Notes under the pieces: model-generated
What the model saw: the letters and a program-made list of their open reading frames with translations, nothing else
Databases searched by the model: none
Told to the model about the DNA's origin: nothing
Assembly: GCF_001194135.2 (NCBI RefSeq)
Contig: NC_068981.1
Coordinates: 81,999,002-82,063,001, forward strand
Length of the DNA: 64,000 nucleotides
Source: Octopus bimaculoides
Taxonomy: Eukaryota
Direction: 5' to 3'
Program-made: the position numbers and the translations under genes
Part shown: piece after piece, positions 25,723-37,899 of the stretch
Layout: every line of letters starts with the position of its first letter
Numbering within the stretch: the stretch's first letter is position 1

Positions 25723-25945
25723 TCTTTCTATCTGTGTTTGTTTCCCACCACCACTTGACAACTGGTGTTGGTTTGTTTACGTCCCTGCAACTTAGCGGTT
25801 TGGCAATAGAGACAGTTGGAATAAATACCAGGCTTAAAAGAAAAATAAGTGCTGGAAGTGCTGGGGTTGATTCATTCGACTAAAATTCTTCAAAGTAGTG
25901 CCCTAGCATGGCCGCAGTCCAATGACTAAAACAAGCAGAAAGGAA
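25506..25945. mobile_element. SINE family B: minus-strand tail (25506-25562) abutting a plus-strand copy (25563-25945)
   Basis: tttacttgtttcagtcattagactgcggtcatgctggagcaccgcc, then ccacatggtttcgggttcagtcacactgcgtggtaccttgggcag...ggatttggtagacggaaactgaaa...(GT)n...catggccgcagtccaatgactaaaacaag. Confidence 0.88.
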
Positions 25946-28212
25946 AAGATAAAATAATTATTATTAGTCAACAGTTACACAGTCCAAGATTATTGAAACT
26001 CGTATTTCACACAGATTCGAGACACAGAATGTAAAATATGGCTGTAGTAGGCCAACCACTGTCGTCCTGAAAACCACCTACTTGTAGACCAATTTTCCAG
26101 AAGCAAAATGTTATATAAAAAAAACAATTTAAGGTTAGTCAGAGAAGAAATGCCGGCGGCCATCACCTTTTGGTAAGGTTTCCAAGAGTTTAGAGGCGAC
26201 TGGTGGAAGATACCACGATTAGAAACGGTGTCCGAATGTTTGCAATGCAAGACACTTCTAAAACAACCCAAAGGCTATGCGATGGTGTGATACAGAGCGT
26301 CGAATTATAGCTAGCATCGAAGAACAGATACAACCCATGCAATGTGCTTCCACAGATTCTCGTCTGCTAAATTTCACTCTGAAGAACTGGGTCCACTGAA
26401 GAATATTTTTAAATAAAGTTCCCTAAATTGTTGCCCAGTGACATCAAATGCAGAACCTCTTCACATCCATGATTTTTTTAAAGGTTTTACTTACCATTTT
26501 TGTGTGGCTTATTGAGAGAAGGAAGAACAGAGACCATGAGCTTTTTGTAGGGTTTCCGTGACAAGCAGCAAGGGGACAGAGGAAGAAACAAACAACAATT
26601 CATGAAGTTACCCTTAGCCCGAGGACAATGTTCGAATGCTAACAAAAGACGAGACTACTTTCTACACTCAAAGGCCAGTCAAGCCGAGAAATTAGTCCCT
26701 GTGATTAAACACAAATCTTTCGATTACTTAGGATGTGGATAGAACTAACAAGTTTCGAGATCCATTGAAAACCTAGCAGACATCTTTAACATCTCTGCCT
26801 TCGAAGTTGCTGAAACAAAGTATAACTATTTATCAAAAGTCTCATGGTTTAACTACCGCCACCATTATCTTCATTACCACCTTCTCTGCACATTGTGACC
26901 TTAAATTCACCCAACTCAAATAAGAATGGTAATGTTTTCGAGATAGATCCTTTTGCTTATTTATTTATATTTATTTGTTCGTTTATTTTCTTAGTTGATC
27001 GAGGAGGTTACTCCATAATAATGGTAATTTAAGCGGGATTTTGAACGTAAAACTTACAGAGCTCGGATACATACTGCAAAATGTTTCCTCCAACGTTCTA
27101 ACAATTCCGCTAATCCACCTCCTTGAAGTTCTGCATTGATCCCATAATGAGGAAAAGGCAAAGCTGGTTTCCAATGGCTTTTGAACTCAGATCAGTGAGA
27201 GCTGGACACCCACAAAGCATTTAATGCAATGTTCTACGACTCTGTTAATTCACCCCATTGCTTAAATTCACAGCGAGAATAAACATATATTATTCAAAAG
27301 ATGAACATGTATCTGTATACATATTCATTTATAACCCGTGTTAGATTGGCAGGACTTATAGGAGGCTGCTCCCGATCTGGGGCTCAGAGTTTCAAGGAAG
27401 TGCATATCTGCTAGGCATCTGCTAGGCAGAAGGAACAGCGATATTTAATAGGATCCTACTTCCCTGAGTCTGAAAGTAGTATTGTTCTATCCTGCCAAAT
27501 TTCTCTTATAATTTATAAAGTAGCTTGCAAAACAGTAGTTTGCACAACAGTTGATCTACTATAGTAATATTTTACATTTTCAGTCAAAACTCTGTGTCGA
27601 GTACGAACCTCGGTGATATAGAATGGAGTAATTGTTGATCAATAATTTGAATTGTTAATTTATATCTCAAATTTCATGTCTTAAATTCGAAGAGGTCATA
27701 ATAGTTCACCAAGTGTTTTGACCCTAGATATTATGTAAAAACAAAAAAATTCTAGTCTTCTTCTCTGTAGGAATCTAAGACGTTATCATTTTGTTTCTGG
27801 GAAACTGTCTGTGACCTTCCATTCTGTAACGACGTCCATGTCTTAAATAAACATAGTTATTCCTTGGAAATGAAACAATAAAAAAATAATAAAGCCCCTC
27901 CCCCCAAATCAAAAACATCGACAACCTAAAACAAAACAGAAAACAAACAAATCATTTCTTAAAACACTTAAGTGATAAGAATTAGTATAAGTACATCATC
28001 TCTGAAATAAATCAACTAATTACAGAAACATTATATATATGCAAGATAAACTTCGAGAATACAAACAAGAGAAATAATCTCCCGGAATGAGTGATGTTAG
28101 GAAAAACAAAACGAAGCTTCATCTTTCAAAAACTAATAAGCACTTGAGATTCTGTGGTAGACGGTAGAAAAAGTAATAAATATATTGTGATACTTTTTAA
28201 CAAGATTGGCAC

Positions 28213-28214
<2 letters not shown>

Positions 28215-28290
<76 letters not shown>

Positions 28291-28948
28291 GTATGTATAT
28301 ATGTGTATATATGTGTGTGTGTGTATATATCTATCTATATATATGTATGCATAAATACATATATACAATNNNNNNNNNNNNNNNNNNNNNNNNNNNNNNN
28401 NNNNNNNNNNNNNNNNNNNNNNNNNNNNNNNNNNNNNNNNNNNNNNNNNNNNNNNNNNNNNNNNNNNNNNNNNNNNNNNNNNNNNNNNNNNNNNNNNNNN
28501 NNNNNNNNNNNNNNNNNNNNNNNNNNNNNNNNNNNNNNNNNNNNNNNNNNNNNNNNNNNNNNNNNNNNNNNNNNNNNNNNNNNNNNNNNNNNNNNNNNNN
28601 NNNNNNNNNNNNNNNNNNNNNNNNNNNNNNNNNNNNNNNNNNNNNNNNNNNNNNNNNNNNNNNNNNNNNNNNNNNNNNNNNNNNNNNNNNNNNNNNNNNN
28701 NNNNNNNNNNNNNNNNNNNNNNNNNNNNNNNNNNNNNNNNNNNNNNNNNNNNNNNNNNNNNNNNNNNNNNNNNNNNNNNNNNNNNNNNNNNNNNNNNNNN
28801 NNNNNNNNNNNNNNNNNNNNNNNNNNNNNNNNNNNNNNNNNNNNNNNNNNNNNNNNNNNNNNNNNNNNNNNNNNNNNNNNNNNNNNNNNNNNNNNNNNNN
28901 NNNNNNNNNNNNNNNNNNNNNNNNNNNNNNNNNNNNNNNNNNNNNNNN

Positions 28949-29018
<70 letters not shown>
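28215..29018. other. (CTAT)n and (CA)n microsatellites spanning assembly gap 28370-28948
   Basis: N-run bounded by simple repeats. Confidence 0.95.
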
Positions 29019-29020
<2 letters not shown>

Positions 29021-29511
29021 GCGCGTTCGTGTCTGTGTGACTGTATATTTTTGTATCTATCTATATCTTTTCTAATTAGTCTAGTCATGTTCGGACAGCG
29101 GTTTTGTTGCTAAGTAAACTCCATCTTCCTCTCAGTCATCATCATCATCATCATCATCGTCATCGTCGTCATCATCATCATCATCATCATCATCATAAAG
29201 AGCGACATGACTTCAACATATATCATTCCCCCATTTTCATTGGGGTGGCTTAAGTTTTTGCATTAGAATAGTTCGTTTCATTAAAGCTAAGTAATAAATA
29301 AAGATAATATAAAAACAGAAAAATAACTGTGCGAATCTTGGAGAAACACAGATCAGTTTCAAACAGTCATTTGCATCGAAGAAGAAATACAATAAAATTA
29401 AATTAAGAATCTTCGTGACCTTTAGAAATCAGCTTGCTTCTAAGTTTATCACCCCCACCCACACCAACACACACTAATTATATTCGTAAGCACAATGTTA
29501 AAGTCTCTACA

Positions 29512-29895
29512 GTGGAGGCACAATGGTCCAGTGGATAGGGCAGCGGACTCGCGGTCATAGGATCGCGGTTTCGATTCCTAGACCGGGCGTTGTGAGTGTT
29601 TATTGAGCGAAAACACCTAAAGCTCCATGAGGCACCGGCAGGGGATTGGTGGCGAACCCTGCTGTACTCTTTCACCACAACTTTCTCTCACTCTTACTTC
29701 CTGTTTCTGTTGTGCCTGTAATTCAAAGGGTCAGCCTTGTCACACTGTGTCACGCTGAATATCCCCGAGAACTACGTTAAGGGTACACGTGTCTGTGGAA
29801 TGCTCAGCCACATGCACGTTAATTTCACGAGCAGGCTGTTCCGTTGATCGGATCAACTGGAGCCCTCGACGTCGTAAGTGACGGAGTGCCAACAA
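29512..29895 (+). mobile_element. SINE family C, young full-length copy
   Basis: tRNA-like head with A box tggtccagtgg and B box gtttcgattcc; body ...ggtacacgtgtctgtggaatgctcagccac...gatcggatcaactggagccctcgacgtcgtaagtgacggagtgcc; (AAC)n tail. Confidence 0.92.
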
Positions 29896-30255
29896 CAACA
29901 ACAAAAGTCTCTACATGATGAATTGACCAACTGAATGACCTATTCATTAACCTAGCCTATTCATTAAATTAGCCTATAACTGGCTGAATATTCCACAGAC
30001 TCGCGTACCTTCAACGCAATTCTCAGATAGATTCAGTGTGAAAAGGCTAGAGCATCGAATTACAGGTACAATTTCTTAATTCAACCAAAATGGAAAAAAA
30101 AACAACAAAACAAGACTAAAACAAAATAAAACGAAAAGAAAACAAAGGTAGCAAGAAGGATTGTGCATGATAAGTGCATGAAAGAAGAAGCCTTTGTGGT
30201 CTTATGACTACTTGCCAAGTATGCCGGAGATTTTAAAAATTTGTCGGTGATTGTT

Positions 30256-30670
30256 GTTGTTGCTGTTGGCACTCCGTCGCTTACGACGTCGAGGGTTCCA
30301 GTTGATCCGATCAACGGAACAGCCTGCTCGTGTAATTAACGTGCAAGTGGCTGAGCACTCCCCACACACGTGTACCCTTAACGTAGTTCTCGGGGATATA
30401 AGGCTGGCCCTTTGAATTACAAACACAACAGAAACAGGAAGTAAGAGTGAGAGAAAGTTGTGATGAAAGAGTACAGCAGGGTTCGCCACCATCCCCTGCT
30501 GGATCCTCGTGGAGCTTTAGGTNNNNNNNNNNACCATCCCCTGCTGGATCCTCGTGGAGCTTTAGGTGTTTTCGCTCAATAAACACTCACAACGCCCGGC
30601 CTGGGAATCGAAACCGCGATCCTATTACCGCGAGTCCGCTGCCCTAACCCCTTGGCCATTGCACCTCCAT
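30256..30670 (-). mobile_element. SINE family C, young copy, inverted relative to 29512-29895
   Basis: Reverse complement of the same head and body; 35 bp duplicated across the 10-N spacer at 30523-30532. Confidence 0.92.
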
Positions 30671-31144
30671 TGCGTCGGTGATATATAGTCCATAAATGTA
30701 TAGATTTCTTATGCACAAATTAATTATAGTTTTTCAGTTGAACTTTTAAGCTGGTGTAATGCAGGTGATGGCAGTAGGAATCCGCAGAAAAAGTTGTTAA
30801 CGGTGTTTTATTATGTAGAGCTCAGAAAAGGAAAGTTTTGCCGGGGTGGATGAAAGAAATGCACTTTGTAGAACTGGTAGAAGGGACTACAGAACGTAGA
30901 GCTAAGACATGACGGAGCACAATGAAGGACTGGGAGAAGGTGGCGCACAATTTAGAAGTGGGAGCTGGGTGCGCACATTGTAAAGGTACGAGAAGGAGAG
31001 CATATTGTCAGAATAGTCTAAAACGCTAAATATACTAGCATCGACCATGAGATAACCATAATTATGAAAACAGCCACAGCTACAACAACGACCGCAGAAA
31101 TAGTAAACAGTTAAATTATGCTGATCCACTGAAATCTACAAGTT

Positions 31145-31310
31145 TTTCTTCATTATCTCTCTGTTTATTTTCTCTTATTCCTTTCTGTTGAAGAGCGTAG
31201 GTTCGAAACATAAAATACTTTTTCATTTTTCCTGAGCTTCAAACTAATACACTTGCTTGTTGTTCATACACCTGTCTTCGTCTTTTGTTTTTCTGTGAAT
31301 CTCAACTATT
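31145..31310 (+). mobile_element. dispersed repeat carrying a hammerhead-like motif (Penelope-like terminal repeat), copy 1
   Basis: tttctgttgaagagcgtaggttcgaaac...cctgagc...actaatac...acacctgtcttcgtc shared with 43200-43385 and (reverse) 62681-62713. Confidence 0.65.
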
Positions 31311-31857
31311 TATATATAAATATATATATATATATATATTGATAGAAAAACAACAAAAGAAAGAAAGAGACCGCGATATTATGTAAATAGATGAATTTAT
31401 CTGTAAAAACATGTGACAATTATTCGGTAGCCATGATAAAACTCCGAGTTTCGGATGCCGGGCGGAAACCCACGCCGCCNNNNNNNNNNGCCATGATAAA
31501 ACTCCGAGTTTCGGATGCCGGGCGGAAACCCACGCCGCCATCACTTCAGTTATCTGGCCATTGAAAATTCCTATGAAAATGACCGTTAAACAAAGGGAAA
31601 TTACTGTGTGGTTGACCGTTATTAAGACAAAAGAGCTATAAGAATGACTGTTAAGTGAGGGGAGGGAGTAAAGGTAAGAGAGTAAAAAAGTCCATAGTAT
31701 TCGCGTAGGCGCACCAATCCATGCATACACATGCGCGCCCGCACACCCACGTACATGCGCCTATATGTCGATATTCATCCACCCTCGCTTGAAACACACA
31801 CATGCTCACCCACACATTCGCCAAATGTATATATATTTTTCTTCATTATATATATAN

Positions 31858-32504
31858 NNNNNNNNNNNNNNNNNNNNNNNNNNNNNNNNNNNNNNNNNNN
31901 NNNNNNNNNNNNNNNNNNNNNNNNNNNNNNNNNNNNNNNNNNNNNNNNNNNNNNNNNNNNNNNNNNNNNNNNNNNNNNNNNNNNNNNNNNNNNNNNNNNN
32001 NNNNNNNNNNNNNNNNNNNNNNNNNNNNNNNNNNNNNNNNNNNNNNNNNNNNNNNNNNNNNNNNNNNNNNNNNNNNNNNNNNNNNNNNNNNNNNNNNNNN
32101 NNNNNNNNNNNNNNNNNNNNNNNNNNNNNNNNNNNNNNNNNNNNNNNNNNNNNNNNNNNNNNNNNNNNNNNNNNNNNNNNNNNNNNNNNNNNNNNNNNNN
32201 NNNNNNNNNNNNNNNNNNNNNNNNNNNNNNNNNNNNNNNNNNNNNNNNNNNNNNNNNNNNNNNNNNNNNNNNNNNNNNNNNNNNNNNNNNNNNNNNNNNN
32301 NNNNNNNNNNNNNNNNNNNNNNNNNNNNNNNNNNNNNNNNNNNNNNNNNNNNNNNNNNNNNNNNNNNNNNNNNNNNNNNNNNNNNNNNNNNNNNNNNNNN
32401 NNNNNNNNNNNNNNNNNNNNNNNNNNNNNNNNNNNNNNNNNNNNNNNNNNNNNNNNNNNNNNNNNNNNNNNNNNNNNNNNNNNNNNNNNNNNNNNNNNNN
32501 NNNN
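31858..32504. other. assembly gap
   Basis: N-run. Confidence 1.
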
Positions 32505-32579
32505 ATATTAACAATCATCTCAATAGCAAGCCATTAAAAAAAAATAATATAAAGTATCAAAAGAGCATCATAATTACCA

Positions 32580-32844
32580 GTAGCAGCAGCATAACCATCA
32601 CCACCACCACCACCACCACCACCACCGCCACAACCATCAACTGCAACAATAACAACAACAGTTAGAACTAGAGCCTTAAAGGTAAGCAGAAGGGGGAAAT
32701 AAGCTATGTAAATATAACTAAAAGCAAGAAACATCAGACTCAACAACAGTCACTACAAATACTAAAATATCGACAGCAATAACCTAACCGCATCAACCAC
32801 CACCACCAGCACCACTACTACTACCACTACTACTACTACTATTA

Positions 32845-32892
<48 letters not shown>

Positions 32893-32965
32893 ATATCACC
32901 ACTACCACCACCACCTTAACTATCATACGCACCACCACTACTTCTACAACTACCACCACCACCAA

Positions 32966-33018
<53 letters not shown>

Positions 33019-33180
33019 ACATCATCACCACCACCACCACCAGCATAACTATCATACGCCCCACCACAACTAGTACCACCACCACTACTTCTACAACTAC
33101 CACCAACACTACTACTACAACTACTACTAAAACAAAGGCAAAGACAACAGCAGCAACAGCAGCAGCAGCAGCGGCTGTAG
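32580..33180. repeat. (CCA)n/(CTA)n trinucleotide tract with internal block duplication
   Basis: taactatcatacgc...ccactacttctacaactaccacca...acactactact occurs twice (about 32915-32990 and 33045-33120). Confidence 0.9.
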
Positions 33181-33619
33181 GAACAGTTTCCCCCTGGTCA
33201 TAATAATAGTAATTATGAGATTAGTAGCTCAATGATAATTGTTGGTAATTGAACGTGTCGTATTTAAAGTGTTTTATGAGACGTATTGATTGTAAGTCGT
33301 GTTAATGGCAAACTAAGTGTGAAAGGGAAGTAAATGAATGGGGGGGGGGGATGACCAAATAGGTGTTGCTGCTGTTATTGTTATTTGTAGCGGTGGTGGT
33401 GGTGGTGGTGGTGTTGCTTATATTGGAACGCGAAGAAAAGGGAAGTGTGTGAGGTGATAGTAAAGCTTTCAATTTAACTGGCATCAACGTCAGTCAAAAC
33501 CGAAATAAAAGAATGAGTTCATTCAAGTCTTTGGACATATCGATGATAATCCACTCCTTCAGTATTCCCCTCTGCCGTACGATGCATACGCTACACACAA
33601 TCGTACGTGCGCGCACACA

Positions 33620-33798
33620 CATACACACACACACACTCTCTCTCTTTCACTCTCATATATAAACATAATACACACATACATAAATACATACATACATACA
33701 TACATACATACATGCATACATAGGCACGTAATTTCATTTCTATACATGCACACAAACAAACATGTCTCTCTGCATGCAAACATGCCTTCTGTCCTTTC

Positions 33799-33839
<41 letters not shown>

Positions 33840-33879
33840 GTATCTCTCTCTCTCTCTGTGTCTGTCTCTGTCTGTATTC

Positions 33880-33951
<72 letters not shown>

Positions 33952-33953
33952 GC

Positions 33954-33990
<37 letters not shown>

Positions 33991-34012
33991 GTCTCTCCCT
34001 CTGTCTCTGTCT
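33620..34012. repeat. (CATA)n and (TCTG)n microsatellites
   Basis: Visible runs. Confidence 0.95.
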
Positions 34013-34335
34013 CTTACCTTCGTTCTTTCTCATTACTGAAATCTACGTTCTATCTATCGAGCTTTTCCTCTTTGTACGCACACATATGCATACATATATG
34101 TACATATATACATATCTACATACATAGTGCAAGCATACATTCATACATTTACACGTGTGTCTGTGTATATTTGTATGCATATATTGTTGTTATTGTTGAT
34201 CAACAACATAATTATATATGTATATGTAAATAAATATTTATATGTTTATGTGTGTGATTGTGTTTGTGGATGTGTATATACGCACACACATATATGTATA
34301 TATATGCGTGTGTTTGAGCTCTCGTGCGCACACAC

Positions 34336-34366
<31 letters not shown>

Positions 34367-34564
34367 TGTATGTAGTACTCTTTTCGTAGTTTCCATCATT
34401 TGGTTGCGGTTATACTGTGAGACTGGGTTGAAGTCTAACTAATCAAATCCATCCTAGTACTTTAAGGTGCTTAGTCTATCCCTAAACGCTTAGCTGACCC
34501 GCAAAATTACGGGCGTATAAAGAAACAAACAACGGTAATCAAGTCGCGTAAGACAAATACAAAC

Positions 34565-34601
<37 letters not shown>

Positions 34602-34639
34602 ACACACACACACACGCACACACGCACAGAACATACTCG

Positions 34640-34972
34640 CATACATGAAGTTCACTTCGCACAACATGAGGTCCACCAGGGTTGATGCTACATTGTGACA
34701 TGTTGGACAGGAGGTATTTTCTATTGCCCCAAGTCGATCCATTCCCTGTAAGTGAAATTGGGTTGATGGAAACAGTATTGAATCCCGTCGGATCATCGTA
34801 CATGTAATTCGAAAGTGCAGTCTTGTCACACACAATTTATCACATAGATTCGTCTTGCAACTTATATGAAACGTGCACTTGTCTATGGAATGCCCAGCCA
34901 CTTACAGGCTTATTCAATGGGCAGGTAATTCAGTTGATCAAAACAACTGAAATATTGTAGTCAACACCGACG
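34640..34972 (+). mobile_element. old SINE related to family C
   Basis: gcagtcttgtcacac...gtgcacttgtctatggaatgcccagccacttac...gggcaggtaattcagttgatcaaaacaactgaaat parallels the family C central domain. Confidence 0.6.
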
Positions 34973-34999
34973 TGTTTCTCCCACCCGTTTGCGCCTTTC

Positions 35000-36400
35000 A
35001 GTCTGTTTTGTCTTTTGCTAGCGTGTTTATTCCCATTTCTCTTTTGCTTTTGTTACCTGTTGCCTATAGGTTTCTTTTTCTTCACCTTCGTCACAGGACA
35101 TGCCCGAGTGGTCCAAGACATGGAAGGGCATATATTGGCGGTGTCATAGTATTTTTGTCTTTGTTGTTATTTTATTGGCTTTCAATTACAACGATGCTGG
35201 TGATATGCTGGGTCTTGAGGGTGGTGTTTCTTTTGTTGCAGTTGCTTGCAGTGTTGTAGCTGCTGCTGCTTTTACTACAACCTTTGCTGCTGCGCGTTTT
35301 AGTGTTTCTGTCACTGTCAATTTTGCCATTGTGACAGTGCTCTGGCGTTGGTTCTCCTGTTGTTTGTGTTGTAGGTGTTGTTACTGTTGTGGTGATGGTA
35401 TCGGCAGAAATGGGGGCGGATGTCTTTCCTCTTTGCTGTGAACGGAAAGTCTTGAGATGGTTTCTCTTATTACACGAGTGACACCTTGACTTTCTGTCCT
35501 CAAAGTTCTGTGCAGCCTGACAGATTAATCAATTCCAGGATGGATTCCATACTTTTATAATACGTTTGAATCAATATCTCCATCACTTCGCCCGGTAAAG
35601 TTTTGTTCTGCATCTTCTGAACCTGAAAATTTTAGTTTTGTCATCAATATCGCAGAGAACCACCGCCTCCATTTAGCAGATATTTACTCATTGGAGCACA
35701 TCGACAATCTCTATCCTTACTACTCTGCCACCAAGGTACATTGTTATGATAGCCAGTTAGTATTTCTTTAGTGCTGTTGAGGAGTGTTTCCTGGCCTCGT
35801 CTATTGTCGTGCGTTTCATCTATTTTGTACTGTATACTTCCCCAGTTAGTAACATATGTTTTGATACGCGAAATCAATTTGCGCAGTATTTTCTATTTGC
35901 TGCTGTGTTGCTTGTTCTATTTTCGTTCTTTTTATTCCTAACCTTTTATAACTTACAGTTTTCAGATTGGTATCTTGTCGGGTGGATTTTGGAATGTTTA
36001 ATTCTATGTTTTGGCCAGACTTCGTAAGCATGTTTTAAGCATTTTTCTTTAATTTTTTGAAAGATAATTATATTTCCTCCTCATGTTGCTGGTCAGTTGC
36101 GAACCGGGTAATTTTGGATTTGTTAATTGTGATGTCTTGATTTTTTTTTGTATTACTTTTAATAATAGTGGTGATAAAGGTGGAATTTTCAATTTGATTG
36201 TATTTTTTTCTTTCCGTTTTTTGCGCTATTGGTTGTCGTTGACACTGCTATTTTTGTTCATAATTTCTTTATTAACGAGTAGTACTGAGAAATTGGTAAT
36301 ATAGTGGCTGGTGGAAAGGCTATTTGAAGCCATATGGTTGGCACTTCACAAAATGAACTAGCCTCTGAGAAAGCAGGGTTGGCTTGATAACAATTTAGTA
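35000..36400 (-). pseudogene. decayed non-LTR retrotransposon ORF1 with CCHC zinc knuckle
   Basis: Minus strand, with frameshifts and stops: MYLGGRVVRIEIVDVLQ*VNIC*MEAVVLC ... ILELINLSG ... EDRKSRCHSCNKRNHLKTFR (C-x2-C-x4-H-x4-C at 35442-35483, last Cys tgt changed to cgt), followed by a T/A/Q-rich tail. Confidence 0.6.
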
Positions 36401-36486
36401 TAACAAAAGCCGGAAATTACTTTCCTCAAAACAACATTATTCAATAACAATTATGATCTCCAAAAGGTTGTCTTTCCCTTGTTAAC

Positions 36487-36487
36487 A

Positions 36488-36552
<65 letters not shown>

Positions 36553-36570
36553 TAATAATAATTATAATAA
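36487..36570. repeat. (AAT)n microsatellite (tail of the adjacent SINE)
   Basis: Visible run. Confidence 0.95.
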
Positions 36571-37030
36571 TCCTTTCTACCGGAGGCACAAGGCCTTGAA
36601 TTTGGGGGGAGGGGACAAGGCGATTACATCGACCCCCCAGAGTGTCACTGTGGTACTTAATTCATCGACCCCGAAAGGATAAAAAGCAAAGTCAACCTCG
36701 GCGGAATTTGAACACAGAACGTAGCGACGGACGAAATGCCAGTAAGCATTTCTCCCGGTGTGCTAACGATTCTCTTAGCTTGCCGCCTTCAATAATGATA
36801 ATAATAACAATAATTGTTTAATATTTCGGCACAAGGCCGGCAACATTTGAGGGGAAGTGTTCCGTCGATACCATCATCTCCATGATAGACAGGTACTTTA
36901 TTTTATTGATCTCAGAAGAACGAAGAGCAACGTTGCCTTAGGTAAGATCCGAACTGAGAACGTAAAGAGCCGGAACAAATATTGCAAAGCATTTTTCTGA
37001 CGCTCTAACGCTTCTGCCCATCCATTGTTC
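36570..37030 (-). mobile_element. two tandem SINE family A copies (36570-36790, 36815-37030)
   Basis: ggcacaaggccttgaatttgggg...atcgacccc...gaaaggataaaaagcaaagtcaacctcggcggaatttgaac...gctaacgattct; second more diverged copy follows. Confidence 0.88.
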
Positions 37031-37551
37031 TAATAACAACAACGATAGTAATAGCAGTAGTTAATAATTACCGAGTGATTAGCAAGCTTTTCATTCTAGC
37101 CAGGAAGTTAATATAATCGATCAATGTTCTAAAACAATATAGTTTATTTATTTTCGTTTTCTTTTAATAATGAATGGTGATAGAAAAGAGATTAACCAAT
37201 AATCCGAAAATTACTCAACGAAAACTAATTTCTTTCCGGATATAGCTTGAAAAAAGTGTGAGAAAACAGCTTAAAGGACGACAACAATAATGACTACAAC
37301 CGCAAAAACAATATCCTCAACAACAACAACGTCACTGGTTATAAGAATATAAATACTAATAACAAAACACGATTAGGAGTGCGGTTCTTGCTCGCCTCTT
37401 GCTTTTGCAAATGCTATATATTCTTTTTCTTTCCATTGAATTTTACTTCCAATCTGCATTTAATCAGCATGTTCTACGTACACATACATAAACATGAGTC
37501 TTAGAAACTTACTCATACAGGTGCATGTATACGTACACTGATTAATACATG

Positions 37552-37590
<39 letters not shown>

Positions 37591-37641
37591 CTTTTACTCT
37601 TTTACTCTTTNNNNNNNNNNACGTACACTGATTAATACATG

Positions 37642-37680
<39 letters not shown>

Positions 37681-37689
37681 CTTTTACTC

Positions 37690-37899
37690 TTTTACTCTTT
37701 TTAGTCATTTGACTGCGGCCATGCTGGAGCACCGTCTTTATAGTCGAGCAAATCGACTCAGAGCTCATTCTTTGTAAGCCTAGTACTTATTCTATCGGTC
37801 TCTTATGCCGAACCGCTACGTTACGGGGATGTAAACACACCAGCATCGGTTGTCAAGAAATGCTGGGGTGGGGGACAAACAGACACACAAACACACACA
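37690..37899 (-). mobile_element. SINE family B 3' portion, running into gap 37900-38654
   Basis: agtcatttgactgcggccatgctggagcaccg...tagtcgagcaaatcgac...gccgaaccgctacgttacggggatgtaaacacaccagcatcggttgtcaag. Confidence 0.92.

Noticed and set aside
26480-26760. Possible RTE LINE 3' remnant (GDRGRNKQQFMK)
   Set aside because: Only vague motif resemblance; too degenerate to support.
29512-29590. tRNA-like sequence with A and B boxes (also 9945, 51915, 56149)
   Set aside because: Continues into SINE bodies and has no closing acceptor stem; SINE heads, not tRNA genes.
30488-30567. 35-bp direct duplication across a 10-N spacer (same pattern at 31430-31539, 37531-37700, 63291-63468)
   Set aside because: Identical sequence on both sides of fixed 10-N spacers is the signature of unmerged contig overlaps.
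35100-35441. 113-aa hydrophobic/Cys-rich plus-strand ORF
   Set aside because: Antisense of the low-complexity tail of the LINE ORF1 fossil.
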